NCBI GenBank assembly: GCA_965287045.1 | Contig: OZ336870.1 | Span: 100,192,001 to 100,256,000 of the forward strand | Length of the DNA: 64,000 nucleotides | From: Carcharhinus amblyrhynchos | Taxonomy: Eukaryota | Direction of reading: 5' to 3' | Shown: positions 26,327 to 39,389 of the stretch, piece by piece | Position numbering within the stretch: position 1 is the first letter of the stretch | Layout: each line of letters opens with the position of its first letter | Made by a program: the position numbers and the translations under genes | Notes under the pieces: generated by a model | Told to the model about the DNA's origin: nothing | Database searches by the model: none | What the model saw: only the letters and a program-made list of their open reading frames with translations

Positions 26327-27320
26327 GTGCAAGGAGAAAGGATTAACTGATAACCGAATTATGAAGGCACTCCAAGGTAGCAGTGATCAGATGAATATTA
26401 TATTCAGCGTGAGGAAGAGAAGAGTGGATCTAAGACAAATATTTTAAACTTAAAGAAAGGCAATTATGAGGGCATGAAAGCAGATCTGCTGAAAGTGAAA
26501 TGGCAATTTAGGTAAAAGGATAGGTCAATAGAGATGCAGCAGTGGTTAACATGTAAAAGTATATTTTATAATGCTCAGAATAGACCTGTTCCAATGAGAA
26601 AGTAGTCCAAGAGGAGGACCCACCGTCTGTGGGTGAAATGTAAAGAAAAACATATTTTTGCACAAAGAAATATAAAGACAGATTGTGGAATTTCTACAGA
26701 GAAAGAAAGAAAAGAGTAACAAAGTGTGCATTCATCTAATAGAAAAAGTAAATCTGGGGGTTCATAATGTAAAATAAGGAGATGGTAGAAGAATTCAACT
26801 GGTATTTTGTATCAGTCTTCACTATAGACGATACAAGTAACACCCGAGAAATGGCTGTAAATCAGGAATTGGATTGGAAGGAATTCAAGTGCATTACAAT
26901 CACCAGGGAAGTGGCACTTAGCAAATTGTAGGGAATGCAATTTGACAAGTCCCCAGGTTCTGGTGGCTTTCATCCTAGGATCTTAAAGAAGTGATGAGAT
27001 AGACAGTTGTTGCACTAGTTTTAATTTTCTAATATTCACCGGCTTTGGGAAGTTTCCACTTTATTGGAAAATAGCCAATGTAATTCCTTTATTCAAAAAA
27101 GGAGGGGTGTTAGAAAGCAGGAAACTATAGGATTTTAATTAGCTTAAAATCTGCTATAGTGAAAATGTTAGAAGCCATTATCAAAGATGTTATAATAGGG
27201 TGCTTAGGTAATTTAATCAGGCAGAGTCAACACGGCTTTGTTACAGAGAAATCATGCTAACTAATTTGTTGGAGTTCTTTGAAGAAATAATAGGCGCTGT
27301 GGATAAACGCTACCCAACAT

Positions 27321-27445
27321 CCTAGTGTCAGAGGGATTAGCAGGGTAAATGAGGGTTATGTGAGTAGGGTCTGGGTGGGATCGTGGTTGGTACAGACTAG
27401 ATGGGACAAATGGTTTCCTTCTGTACTGTAGGGGGTTCTAGGATT
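27321..27445 (+). mobile_element. HE1-type V-SINE 3' fragment
   Basis: tagtgtcagagggattagcagggtaaat...ctgggtgggatcgtggttggtacagactagatggg...ccttctgtactgtaggg. Confidence 0.85.
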
Positions 27446-28894
27446 TGTCCCTACAGGTTCTTACTACTCACATCTTCCAGGAAGGTGCAATGGGCAGAAC
27501 TGTGGACCTCGGCATAGCTACTTGTCAATGCTGACCCCTCAAATGGTAATTTAATTTGACCTTTAGGTTGTGAGTCAAGTGCTCAATTGGTTGAGATAGT
27601 GGGTTGTCTCTGTACAAGCCCTTTTACTCTACAGGGATTAGGCCACTTTATGCATTCACATTGTCTGATGTCTTATTTACAATGTCATTGGTTTCTTTAG
27701 AGAATCTGTTACAAAGTCGGTCTGCCCTTTTGAAGCTCTTCAGCCTGGCACTGAAGGACACCATGAGCTGCCAGCAGCTTTGATGACTAAGAGGAAAACG
27801 TTTTCCCATTCATACCACGGGGGTTTTACCAACCCAACTACTTCAAAGATACAAGTAGTTTTAAAAGAGGTCATAATGTTATAACCAAAATGTCAGGGTG
27901 AATCAACACTGAGGTATAATCCCTGACTAGAACTGCAAAAAAAACGTTTAGTGTTACAAAGTTTACCAAGTCATCGCGCTCTCAGGTTTCCATGACAATT
28001 AAGAGCCAAGGTTGACAGAGAAAACTTACAGGGGCTCAACAGCTGGCTTATGCTAGCAGAGCCAAGAGATTAAAATCCACCTCACAGAACACAGCCAAGC
28101 AACTTCCCTCGCGTCTGCGTAAATTATCATCGGAGTCTTCCTAGTGTTGAAACCAGCAACAGTTATCATGGCAGCTCCTAAGATGAGTAATGGTTTTGAT
28201 TTGACAAGGCGACAGTAACCGTAGCAACAGTAACTTGTGAAGCCTGCACAGCCATTGTTGGATTCAATGCAGCAGAGGCCAGAGAGGCCAGAAAGAAAAT
28301 GAAGCAAAGAACTATGGCATCTGACACATCTAGTGTCCTGCACTTTAATCATAGCTGGGAGAAATTAATTCCGGAGGATTTTCGAGATGGTTCCCCGTGT
28401 CGCTCCAGCTTTTGTTATCGGCTGCAAAACCCTCAATCCTGCCAACTGCCAGACTCAAAGGAAATATTTTCTATTTCAGAAAACACTCTGTTAGAATGAA
28501 ACATTTGCCTTCGGCCTTTTACAAATCACTTATCTATTTCACTTGCATGATCATGTCATGTCAGCATTAAAAGAAAAAGTAATTAAAATTTCATAAACAA
28601 AAGGACATTAATAAATTATTTGTGCTGGTGTTTCTTTAAAAGCTTTTGCTTGCATTTCTTTAAAAGCTTTTACTTCCCAAAGATGGCGACTTGTGCCGGC
28701 ACAATCTTCCACAGACCACGGCAACTCTATGGCAACTTGCCCAAATCATCATCCCTCAAATCTGCATGCGGAATATGAATTTTGGCAGACTGTTGAATCA
28801 TCAACAGCATCACCATCAAGTCAAATCCTGTCTCTGCCTGATGTCTGTCTTTGTGGATAGAGGGGCATTGGTAAGAGTCAGGAATAGGAACCCT

Positions 28895-30136
28895 GGGGCA
28901 ATACTCCGGCCACACTCATGCGTGTGCAAATACCATTGTGGCTTGAGACTCGTGGGAGAGAGAAAGAGAGGGGAGACAGAGAAGGGGAGAAGGGGAACAG
29001 GAGGGAGAGAGAGAGTGAGGGAGAGAGAGAGGGAGGGAGAGAGGTAAAGTGTGATGGAAAGTGTGTGAGACAGAGGGAGGGAGAGAGAGGGAGAGAGAGA
29101 GAGGGAGAGAGAAGGAGGCAGGGAGAGAGGGAGTGTGGGAGAGAGAGAGGAAGAGAGAGAGGGAGCGAGAGGGGGAAGAGGGGGGAGGGGAGAGAGGGAG
29201 GGAGAGAAGGAGGGAGGAAGAGTGGGAAAGTGTAGGGAAAGCATGTGTGAGAGAGAGAGACAGAGAGAGGGAGAAAGAGAGAGGGAGAGAGAGAGAGGGA
29301 GGGAGGGAGGGGGGTAAGAGGGGGGAGAGACAGAGGGAGGGAGAGAAGGCAGGAGAGAGGAAGGGAAAGAGGGATGGAGAGAGAGGGAGAAAGAGGGGGA
29401 GAAGAGGAAGGGGGGGAGAAAGACAGGGTGAGAGAAGGATGGAGAGAGAGAGGGGGGAGAGGGAAGGAGAGAGATGGAGAGGCCATAACATGATTTGCAT
29501 CGGGGAGAACTCATTTTAAGATTCTCCCTGCCCCTGGCCAGCAACATAATCTGGTTCACACCCAGATTAACATATCTGAATCTTCATTTAAATATGAAAA
29601 TCTGTTTTAAACCAGATTCAGAGAACATAGAACATAGAAAACTACAGCACAAATTCACCCAGCTCCTGGAATTCATTTCCCTACCGGTGCAATGTGAAGC
29701 TGGCAGGAATCACTATTGATCTCCACAAATGGAGACTAGCCGGAATGACCCACTTGGGGGCTGAGGCCATTGGAGCCCCTGGGTGATCAGGAACATGACT
29801 GGGCAGAGCCAAGCTGTCTGTGCCTGTCAGGCTGGCACTGCAGGGTGCCGGGGACTGCCAGGTTGGCACTGCCAACGGGGGCTGGGGGCTGATGGCAGTG
29901 TTGGGAAGCCCGATGTTGGATATTGAAGGCGGGGGTGAAGCTTTAACCTCATTTTGAGATTGGGCTGCCCCTTTAGGCTCTGCCCCTCTCAATCATAGCA
30001 CAAACCACCCGTTGGAAAATAATGACTAAGTGAGGGAGGATTATGATTGGGAAATCGCACCGACTGACCGAGTGGAATCGCACTGCGTTTCTTACCCAAG
30101 ATGGCACTTGTTATTTTTCTGTAAAATTGCACTCCC
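28895..30136 (-). mobile_element. MITE copy containing an expanded purine tract
   Basis: Both flanks of the GA-rich tract align to the reverse complement of 25787-26326. Confidence 0.7.
28954..29482. repeat. Polypurine (GA/GGA/GGGA)n low-complexity tract
   Basis: ~530 bp, nearly all G/A on the + strand. It explains the S/L/P-rich and E/R/G-rich spurious ORFs. Confidence 0.97.
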
Positions 30137-32002
30137 TGATTAATTTTTGCCCTCCCTAATAAAACAACAGTGAAGCTACTGCAGCCTGAGCAACAATCAG
30201 TTTTGAAAAGTTCACTTTGGGTGAAGAAAGCAACCAGACTTCCAATTCCAGAGTTTACAGTATAACCAGGATTACGAAACCCAAAAAGGAAAAAGACTTG
30301 CATTTTATTTAGCATTTTTCATGGCTAACTCGGCATACTCAGAGAACTGCAGCCAATTAAGTATGTCTTAGACTGTAGTCAATGTTGTTAATGTAGGAAA
30401 TGAATAGCACAAGACAAACAAAATAAATAATTGTTACATTAACCTAACTTTATAGTATTTTGAATGTGCTCCCTCTTCAAAGTCTCTTCTTGCACAAACT
30501 CTACAAGATTGAAGTCCAAATCTAAATTTGAAATCTGGTGACTAATGATTCATTCCTTCTGGCAGAGAAAGAAGTGGTCTGGCCCAGCTCTGTTAGTTAT
30601 GAACATGCCTGATGGAATAACTCTGCCGTTAGTGGGACAGAAAAACAAATGGTGTTTTGCTTCTTAAAGTCTAAAACAATAAAAAGCAGAGTGTTGATCT
30701 TGCTCAGTCACTGCGCAGTCATTTTTGGATTCCTGCCCAAGCAGGGACTCATCAGCTGCACCTAATTTTTCTGACAGCGCATGGTACAGGGATGAACATA
30801 TTAGGTTCAGTGCACCATTCCATCACAGGGTGAGAAAGTCAGCAGAAGAAAATCTATTCCATTAGCCTGGGAACCTCCAGCTCCATCCATCCTGAGCAGC
30901 ACTGCTAACCGCCACGGAGAATTCCACTACCCAGACAGTACTTAGCCCTAGAATTAAGAAAGGAAGATGGTGCTGAAAGGGTCAGTTGCCTCTGCATGTT
31001 GTTTTTCTTCCAATTCAATCAGTGTATGTTCCAATCAGATAACTGCCAAACCCATTTCTGTGTTTGGGTCTCACTCTTGTACATCACTGATGCATTATAA
31101 ATTGACACATTTCTAGAAGAAGTCCATTCTTGCAAGCACTTGGCATGTCTATTTCATTGAATCCCAGCCTGTTTGTAATTGTCCCACCTGTCTCCCTTAC
31201 TAGAAGTGCTTGGTTCTACAGGAATGCATCCATGAGAGTGCCGAGATTCCCAAAAGGCAGAGTTTCCAGCATATCAGGTCAAACACTTGGTGCAATGCAA
31301 CGCAGCTGAGCAGAAAACAACGATCACTGAACTGTGATCCAACAAGGCAAATTAAACAGTCAAAATCCATTTGCTTCAGAGGAGCAGCCAGCAGGCTGTG
31401 AACAATGTGCTTCTCAAGAGGTACAAGTTTTGGGCAGGACAGCATTGCTGTCAATGAAAAATCAAGTCACTATAAATATGGCCGACCTTCGCTGCACTCA
31501 TGGGTTGCGCCTTAAGGTAGCTAGTTAAACAAAAGTGGTGGGACAGCTCATTCATACACTCACTGGTGTGCTGTGGTCAATGAACAATGTATCCACACAG
31601 GAGGATACTGAGACTAAGCATTTCAGAACGAGGATGGGGACGGAGGGGTGGTGGGGTGATACTATTGCACACAAGCTAATCCTATTGAGAAAAGCATTGA
31701 AGGAGGTTACCTGCCCAACAGCTGTGTGGAAGAATGTTGCATGTTTATGAATAGGGGCTGTTACTAAAGCAAAGTGAAAAAGAAATGGAAGCAAAACTAA
31801 ACAAGGAAAGAAATGGCTTCAATTCTGATCTTTTTTTAATTAGCCACTTTCTAAGCAGGGCAACTGCGACCCAGCAGCGAAACAAAGAACACAACTTTTA
31901 TTATTCAAGAAATATTTCAAAAAAATCAAAATGAAACACAGAATATATGAAGCTTTTTCTCTTTAAAATGTAGTTTTCCTCCTCCACAACCCTCATAAAC
32001 TC

Positions 32003-32155
32003 NNNNNNNNNNNNNNNNNNNNNNNNNNNNNNNNNNNNNNNNNNNNNNNNNNNNNNNNNNNNNNNNNNNNNNNNNNNNNNNNNNNNNNNNNNNNNNNNNN
32101 NNNNNNNNNNNNNNNNNNNNNNNNNNNNNNNNNNNNNNNNNNNNNNNNNNNNNNN
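32003..32155. other. Assembly gap
   Basis: Run of N. Confidence 1.
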
Positions 32156-33701
32156 TCAAAAGAAAATGAATATGTTTCCCCAGAGCTTCTCCAATTTCAC
32201 TTAAATCAGTACTTAATCTCCTGTGGTCTTGTGTGGTTCAGCTCGAAGTATTTGGAAATATTAAATTAAAGAAATTACCACTGGGGCAAATAATCACGCT
32301 GAAAAATTACTTTCCTTTTACTCCATTACAGTACTACATTGTAAATGTGAATGAGGTAGTACTCAACACCACTGCAGCCTGAACAAATCACTTACCAATA
32401 AAGCAAATTAATACCTACTCCCAATGCCCACAAATCAACAAGCTTACCAACAGGTCAAATACAAACATAACAAAGACATCCATTTAGTCAAATTACTTTT
32501 TTCCTTACATTCCTAAGTCACAATTCAGAAACTATTTCAATTATTCAATGTTTTAATCCACAAAGTCTTCAGAGTATTCTCCATTGTGGTGATTATTATT
32601 ACATTACCCATTTCTTTTTTAAGTAGCTCTGAGGACAAGGCATATGGTGCAGAATTTTCATCTGCGTTCTAAGTTGTCAGCAGTGTTGTGAAACACTGTT
32701 CCTTCATCTTCTCTTCCTCTAAAAATGGAGGGCTGAGTTGAATTATTTTTACAAGTACCAACACATGTTTACCATGGGTCAGTTTGTTTTTCGTTACCAG
32801 GTTTAATGTACATCAGACTACTGCACACAGCCGAACAGAGTATTCAAAGCAATTGCACAATGGTGCACCGTGTGGATACATATGAATGCAGAGCCCTAAA
32901 TGAAGAATGTTAATGGAATTTTTGGTGAGAGCCAGAATGAGTAGTAGAGAAATATATGAGGTACCTTCAACTGCAATGGTAGTTATAACTGTTAAAAATA
33001 TTGGCTTTTGTATTCATTCTGCAGTTGGATGATTATAAATATCTGTGTATCGTGTCTAAACCCAGACACAAAGACCCTCCTTCAGGGTTTTCTCAATTAG
33101 CCATCATAGCTCTGAAGGTCATGTTAAAATGATTTATTTTTCCTTTGGCATCCAGGCCACAGTCTCGGTTTGGAAGATTATGCTTGCTTCTGCTGTTTAG
33201 TGCATGGAACACCTAGTATCACTACTATACTCATTGCCAGCTCGACACCACTTTGAAAGCCTAACACATGAAATTCTTAATGTAGGATCCTTGGATCCAC
33301 CCCTTCTTATGCCACTGGCCTTGTTTGGCATTTGAGGAAGCTTGATTCCCAAGAAGACTGAGTGGAATTCTGGTGAAAGATTAAGGTCCAGGCTTACCAG
33401 ATCCCAGTCACTGATCCCTTTACTAATTCCTTTTCATGTGCAGCCAGATTTTTTTTTCGATGCATGGCGCATTTGAGTTTCTTTTGTGCAGTTTTTAAAT
33501 GGAATGAGTCTTGCACACTGTCTTCCAGGCTATTGCAGTGCTGCAAATACATGCAACTTAGTGGAAACGTAGGCCCCAGCTTAAAGTTACAGCAGGAGTG
33601 CACTGGTAAGTCTGTACATTGGTCTATACATACAGATACTTGCAAACACAGCTGTGACTATACTACATATAGATACATCCCAACTTGAACTTATGAATGA
33701 G

Positions 33702-33797
33702 TGCACAGTGGTTAGCACTGCTGCCTCACAGTACTAGGGTTCAATTCTGGCCTTGGGTCACCGTTTGTGTGGAATTTACACTTTCTCCGCATGTCTG
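33702..33797 (+). mobile_element. V-SINE head fragment
   Basis: gcacagtggttagcactgctgcctcacag...ttgggtcaccgtttgtgtggaatttacac. Confidence 0.85.
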
Positions 33798-34734
33798 TTT
33801 GGAGTCACTTGCACCATTATTACAGTGCACAATCTGCCCTTGGAGACTTACCAAGGTTAGTACTAGTCATAGCTCAGCAGGTACCTGGGATTTCAAAATG
33901 GCCAAATGGTGAGTAGTATAAATTGTGCTAATGATATTTGAACTGGCATCCTAGCCCTGCAAACACAGCTGTGACTATACTACTGTTACAGAACAAATAC
34001 CTTGATCTAAGCCTGTGATGCTTCCAGCTTGCATAGCTCTCTAAGAGAAGCCACACAGCAGATAGTAAGAGTGACGAAAATTCCCTTGGTTGCTGTTAGT
34101 GACCAACTGCAACTAATCACACATTTTTCACATGTCCAGTTACTCATATTGTTCATCTGTGCCAAACAGACGCAGAGGTAGCTACCCACCTGAAACTTAT
34201 AGACTTTTCTTTGAATTGCATTGAACAGTCTGTTATATGGAGACATATCACTCCACTTCAAGTCACTTTCTACTGCACGTGCACAAAGGGATCAGGCTGT
34301 CAATCATCCCCAATCTGTAAATCAGAGATATTTTGACAAAGAAATTAAATAACTCACTCGAGACAAGAACAGAGTGCCACAAAATGCTAATCATTCTTGG
34401 CATGCAGAGTACAACCTGAGCAAACATTTCTGGAGACTTTGATAGACGTGTTTCCTTAAAGAAAATAGATTACAATTTGTGTTGTGTTATCTAAGTTTCC
34501 TTTGGCACTGGTATAAGCAGCTTGTAAAGCAGTTCAGTTATTCTGAAAGAGTTTTATTTTGAGCAGCATTTCACACTATCGTAGATATTCAAGTTGCTGA
34601 TTATCAGCATTATTATAATTTGCTATGTCACTTAAACTGTTGAATGAAAATCCATTTAGCACAAAGTTAAAGAGTAGAGCGTGCCACAGATGAAATACAG
34701 ATTTGGTAACACTGCAAAGTCATTATTTGTAAAG

Positions 34735-34954
34735 NNNNNNNNNNNNNNNNNNNNNNNNNNNNNNNNNNNNNNNNNNNNNNNNNNNNNNNNNNNNNNNNNN
34801 NNNNNNNNNNNNNNNNNNNNNNNNNNNNNNNNNNNNNNNNNNNNNNNNNNNNNNNNNNNNNNNNNNNNNNNNNNNNNNNNNNNNNNNNNNNNNNNNNNNN
34901 NNNNNNNNNNNNNNNNNNNNNNNNNNNNNNNNNNNNNNNNNNNNNNNNNNNNNN
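34735..34954. other. Assembly gap
   Basis: Run of N. Confidence 1.
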
Positions 34955-36714
34955 GTTCAGCAATAACCTCAGGGCAACAGAAATCTAATATTTCAGTTTT
35001 CTTCTCTTCCTCACATTGAAATCTTCCATTTCCCTCACAATAGCAAAATCTTTGACAGCATAAGTTCACATGGGCTAATGTTAACAGATTGGTTCCTCGC
35101 TATACGCATTCCTGATTGGTAAATTCCATTGATAATTGGGCGGGGTGTATAATGGGTTGGGTGTATAATGAGCTGTGAGCAAATCTCCATCTGCTCAGGC
35201 CCAGCAAAGTGCTGTAGAATGGATTGCAACCTTATTGGACAAGTGATAGGACAATAACAATTGCAGCCACACTTCTCTAGTCTGCAATCCCATCAATACG
35301 GGCTTCGCTCTGGAGCGCAGCCTTACTAAATATCCCCTTTTATGCATATTCTCTCTTTTGTTCAAATCTAGAGAGGAAGTCTCCTCCAATGGCTCAGCTC
35401 AGGTTGCACAAAAAGGTAAGACTCTAATCCCAATCCTTGATCTGTGTTAAGCTGGCAGCAGTAGTGCTGCTGGAGCTCTTTCTTTGTTAAGGCAGACAGA
35501 ACTGGCAATGGCTTTTGATCCTGATCGTCATCCAGCAGCTAGAATGTGCATGTGTGGCTTTTGATTCGGGACAGAATATCGGCAATGGTGTCTCCCACAG
35601 TCAAATAACTCATCAATACTCAGTACCTAGACTTTTGCCTGAAAAGTCGCTACTTTGACAAGGTAACAAACACGGACTGGCATCTGCAAAACTGTTCACC
35701 AACACCAACCAGCAGGTCGGGTAGTGAATGTTGCACAGTGAATTCTTGTTGCAGGAAACCACAGTTAAGTCAGTTTCTGTCAATCTGAACCAAGTGGATT
35801 TCTTACTGGCCCCACCTGCTGATAAGCTAGAAGCTCACACCGTATTTTCTAGCCACAGAATTGACTACACACTGATGTATGGAAATGTAACTGACCTCTT
35901 CTTGTGAAGATTGCCCTTTGACATCAGCTGAGCCAAAAATGAAAATTGAGCTCTGGACAAATACAAACCACAAGCATCTTTTTAAAAATCATTTTTACTT
36001 CCACAGAATCCAAATAATCCTACAGGTTACCCGGTGTTCAGGCTCATTACTAATTCAGCTGCAATACAATTAAGCTCTAAGCACAGCACTGAAAAAGGAA
36101 CAGCAGGATCCAAGATGCTGACTTGTTAACAGAATCATTGTCACTAGCAGTACATTACCATGCTGCACAAATATACAAGATGCATTGAATAATTCGGCAA
36201 TAGCAATTTTGGCACAAAATAGCTGCATCTTGTGCAGGATCTAAGGTTGTGAATGGACCTCTTTCTTTCTGAGTTAAGACTGTCAATATCTTTGAAAATT
36301 AAATACAGTCAGAATAAAAAACAGTACACTAAACACTAATATCCACTGGGAATAAAATGATTCATACAAGCATTTACTGAAATATAACATACTAAGCAGC
36401 AAGCTGTCTTAATGGAAATTCCCTTAGAGAGAGCCATAGCTTAAGTAGATAGAATGATATTTTTTACAGTGGGTTGCTGGCCTGAATAAAACATACAGCT
36501 GCAGAACTCAGTAGTTCAAAGTTTAAAATATCAATTGAAAATGTATAATTATTCCACTCAGCCAAGCAGTGCACTATTTTAGGATTGCCATTTGCAGTGG
36601 TCACATTTGAAGAGCAATTGGGAATTGTAATCAAAATGGTTTTATTAAATCTTGTTCAGACAAAGAGTTTCAAGCAATGATGCAAATACATCAGAGATGG
36701 TTCTGCACAATTTT

Positions 36715-37375
36715 CAGTCGTTTTTCATCCCTGGAATCATTCATGTAAACCTCTCCTGTATTTTCTCCCACATGTTCATATCTTTCCTAAAGTGTGATGC
36801 CCAGAGCTGGACACAATACTCTAGCTGAGGCCTAAATAGAGTCTTAAACAAGTTCAGCGTAACCTCTTTGTTCTTATACTTTATACCCCTATTAATAAAG
36901 TCAGGGATACTGTATGCTTTTATTAACTGCTCTCATCTGTCCTGCAACCTTTAATGACTTATATTCTTAGGTCTCTCTGCTCCTGCACAGTTGTAACTCC
37001 TTTAGAGTTGTAACCCTTATTTGCTTAGCTCTTTCCATGTTCTTCCTACCAAAATGCATCACCTCACACTATGCATCACCATTTCACTATTATGTCTCTG
37101 TACTTCTGAAGAACACTGTCCTCCTCAGTTTGCAATACTACAAGGTTTGTATCATTCGCAAACTTTGTAACTGCCCCCTGCACACCAAGATTGAGATCAT
37201 TAAAATATATCAGGAAAAGCAAGGGTCCGTACTGATCACTGGGCAAGTCCCCTACAAACCCTCCTTCAGCCTGAAAAGTATCCATTATTCACCGTTTCCT
37301 GTTACTCAACCAATGTTGGATCTTCTTTGAGACTCTCCCTTTTATTCCTTGAGCTATAAATTATCTCACAAATCT
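36715..37375 (-). mobile_element. CR1 LINE reverse-transcriptase fragment
   Basis: ORF 37076..37285 GPLLFLIYFNDL...TKFANDT (RT FADD motif decayed); downstream RPQLEYCVQLWA on the minus strand. Confidence 0.9.
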
Positions 37376-38809
37376 AGACAAGGTTTGCACTCTCAATTTC
37401 TATCCAGAAACTATCCATCCACTACGACTCACAGTAGCATTTGGTCAGGTGAGCACACGTTCAAGCTCAAATGACAACCTTGCAACTAAGCTGCCTGCCA
37501 ATTTTGACTGTCCAGGCTAACACACATGATGAATGAGGTGAGGAGTTTCAGAGTGACAAGCACCAGTGGCCTCATACCCAGGCAAGGGGACAACACCGTT
37601 AGGAGAGAAATGGGGTCAAAATGGGAAGAAAACAGAGCAGAAAAAGTGAAGTCTCAGTACTGTTTACAATTAGAATCAAATTATTTATGCCACAACAAAA
37701 TGTCTTTAACATCATTCCAAATGACTTTTCAGTAAATTGACGAACTGTTAAAAGCTGCATTGGTGTTGATCTAATAGTTACACTGATCTATATTATTTTC
37801 TAAGTATTTGAAGGAATCACAATCTACATCATGTTCACTGAAATTTTTCATAAGAATAGGGGATGGATGACAGTCTTTCAACAAAATGCGCATGTTATTA
37901 TATTTCTACTTCAAGAAACACTAAGAACCATGACGGCTCCTCCCCACAGAAAAGAAGAAATAGACACTAAGGTGATCAGTTCTTTGAGTTTCACTTTTGA
38001 GTGGCAGCACCTGATAAAGTGAAACTCTGCACGCACAGTCCCTCTTCGTCAGAGGACTCCAGTTACTTTCAGTGCAATTACTCAAGTTAAAATTAAGAGG
38101 CCCCTCAGACATAAACCACTGTCATTTCACCACAGCTTGCAATGACAACAGCCGTAATTCACACTTTCTGCTAATATCCACCCATTAAGTAAATGATAAA
38201 GGTCTAAAAACCGAATACATCAGGATTTCTGCTAAGAAAGTGAAAGTAAAACGAACCACAGATTAGTTCTGAATCAAATCGCAGTTTCAGAACATTTGTT
38301 CCATTAGGCATAGAGAATTCCAAGTTAACCATAACTATGTGAAACCATACCAGACATGACCTTCATCCTGTACCTTTCTGAAATGGCTCACTTCTCAATG
38401 GCTTTAGAATTAACTGTTTTCCTTCTAAATTACCACCAGGACTGCATCTGTCTGCTTCAAAGTGCCTGAGGATAACTCGGAGTTTAAGCTCTAACTTTGA
38501 TTTATGATTTGTAAGAAAGCACAAAGCAAATTACAACTCTATCCTACTGGTTCTCTTAAAAAAATAGCTGTAAGGGATTCAGAAAAATTGTGACAATTAG
38601 TCAAAAATAAATTCCCTCTCCAGACAGCCATATAACAAAATATCTATAATTATATAGCCATTTGCAATGTTAGGTTAGATTGTAGAGCAGGTTACCAAGA
38701 GTCAAGCTGTGCTGATGTGGTGCAATTGGTTCAGGAGTAGCCACATGGCTCTGAAATCATCCAGGTGTCTTTCTCATTGTCAAATTTGACAGGTTTAAGG
38801 ATTACTCAC

Positions 38810-38881
38810 AGTCTGTAGAGCTTCGGCGTTCCCAGGAAAAGCAATTCTGGCAAGACTTGTAGATTGTTTCTATTCAGGCGG
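38810..38881 (-). CDS. slit2: Slit2 exon 4 (72-bp LRR exon)
   Basis: Acceptor tgcctctctgcag|C and donor CT|gtgagt. Translates RLNRNNLQVLPELLFLGTPKLYRL. LFLGTxKLYRL is the Slit2 form; Slit1 and Slit3 have LFQ here. Confidence 0.97.
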
Positions 38882-39090
38882 CTGCAGAGAGGCAGAAAGT
38901 GGAACGAGAAATAGTTGTGAGAAATCTGTTTCCGCAAAAAATCACTCTTCAAACACTCAAAATTTCTCTTCTCACTATGTTCATTCAATAAATGCTGTGT
39001 AATCTCCAGTATCTCAGCTAATTGCTATCCTTCATCCCTGAACCTGGAGCATAATGACAAAGCTTACTAATCCCACACTCTCGGTAAAGG

Positions 39091-39389
39091 GCACTGCTGC
39101 CTCACAGCGCCACGTTCAATTCCAGCCTTGGGTCACTGTCTGTGTGGAGGCTGCACATACTCCTTGTATCTGAGTGGGTTTCCTCCGGGTGCTGTGGTTT
39201 CCTCCCATAGTCCAAAGATGTGCAAGTTAGATTGATCAGCCATACTTAATTTTGCCCCTTAGTATCAGGGGGACTAGCAGGGCAAATGAGTGGGTTACAA
39301 GGATAGGGCCTGGGTGGGATTGTTGTTGGTGCAGGCTTGATGGGCTGAATGGCTTCCTTCTGCACTGTAGGGTTTCAATGATTCTATGA
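39091..39389 (+). mobile_element. HE1-type V-SINE (type B tail)
   Basis: V-domain and tail gatgggctgaatggcttccttctgcactgtaggg...attctatga. Confidence 0.92.

Larger units (their letters stand above)
24935..27310 (+). mobile_element. CR1 (HER1-like) LINE ORF2 fossil, endonuclease through RT, with nested SINE and MITE
   Basis: Motifs ALYLNACSIRNK, MAIAETW, EPTR...VLC, KSPG...HPRILK, WKIANVIPLFKKG, QSQHGFV...LTNLLEFFEE, with many frameshifts and stops. Confidence 0.92.
1..38809 (-). other. slit2: slit2 intron 4 (partial; continues beyond window start)
   Basis: Follows the exon 4 donor. No DLSENQI-type exon 5 was seen. Intron 4 is also very large in mammalian SLIT2. Confidence 0.8.

Noticed and set aside
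28816-29559. Long overlapping ORFs of up to 247 aa
   Set aside because: Artefacts of the stop-free GA/TC low-complexity tract.
31450-31750. Possible Harbinger Myb/SANT-like second ORF remnant
   Set aside because: Similarity too weak to call by eye.
32003-34954. slit2 exon 5 hidden in one of the two N gaps
   Set aside because: Cannot be excluded by size, but there is no supporting evidence and intron 4 is expected to be much longer.
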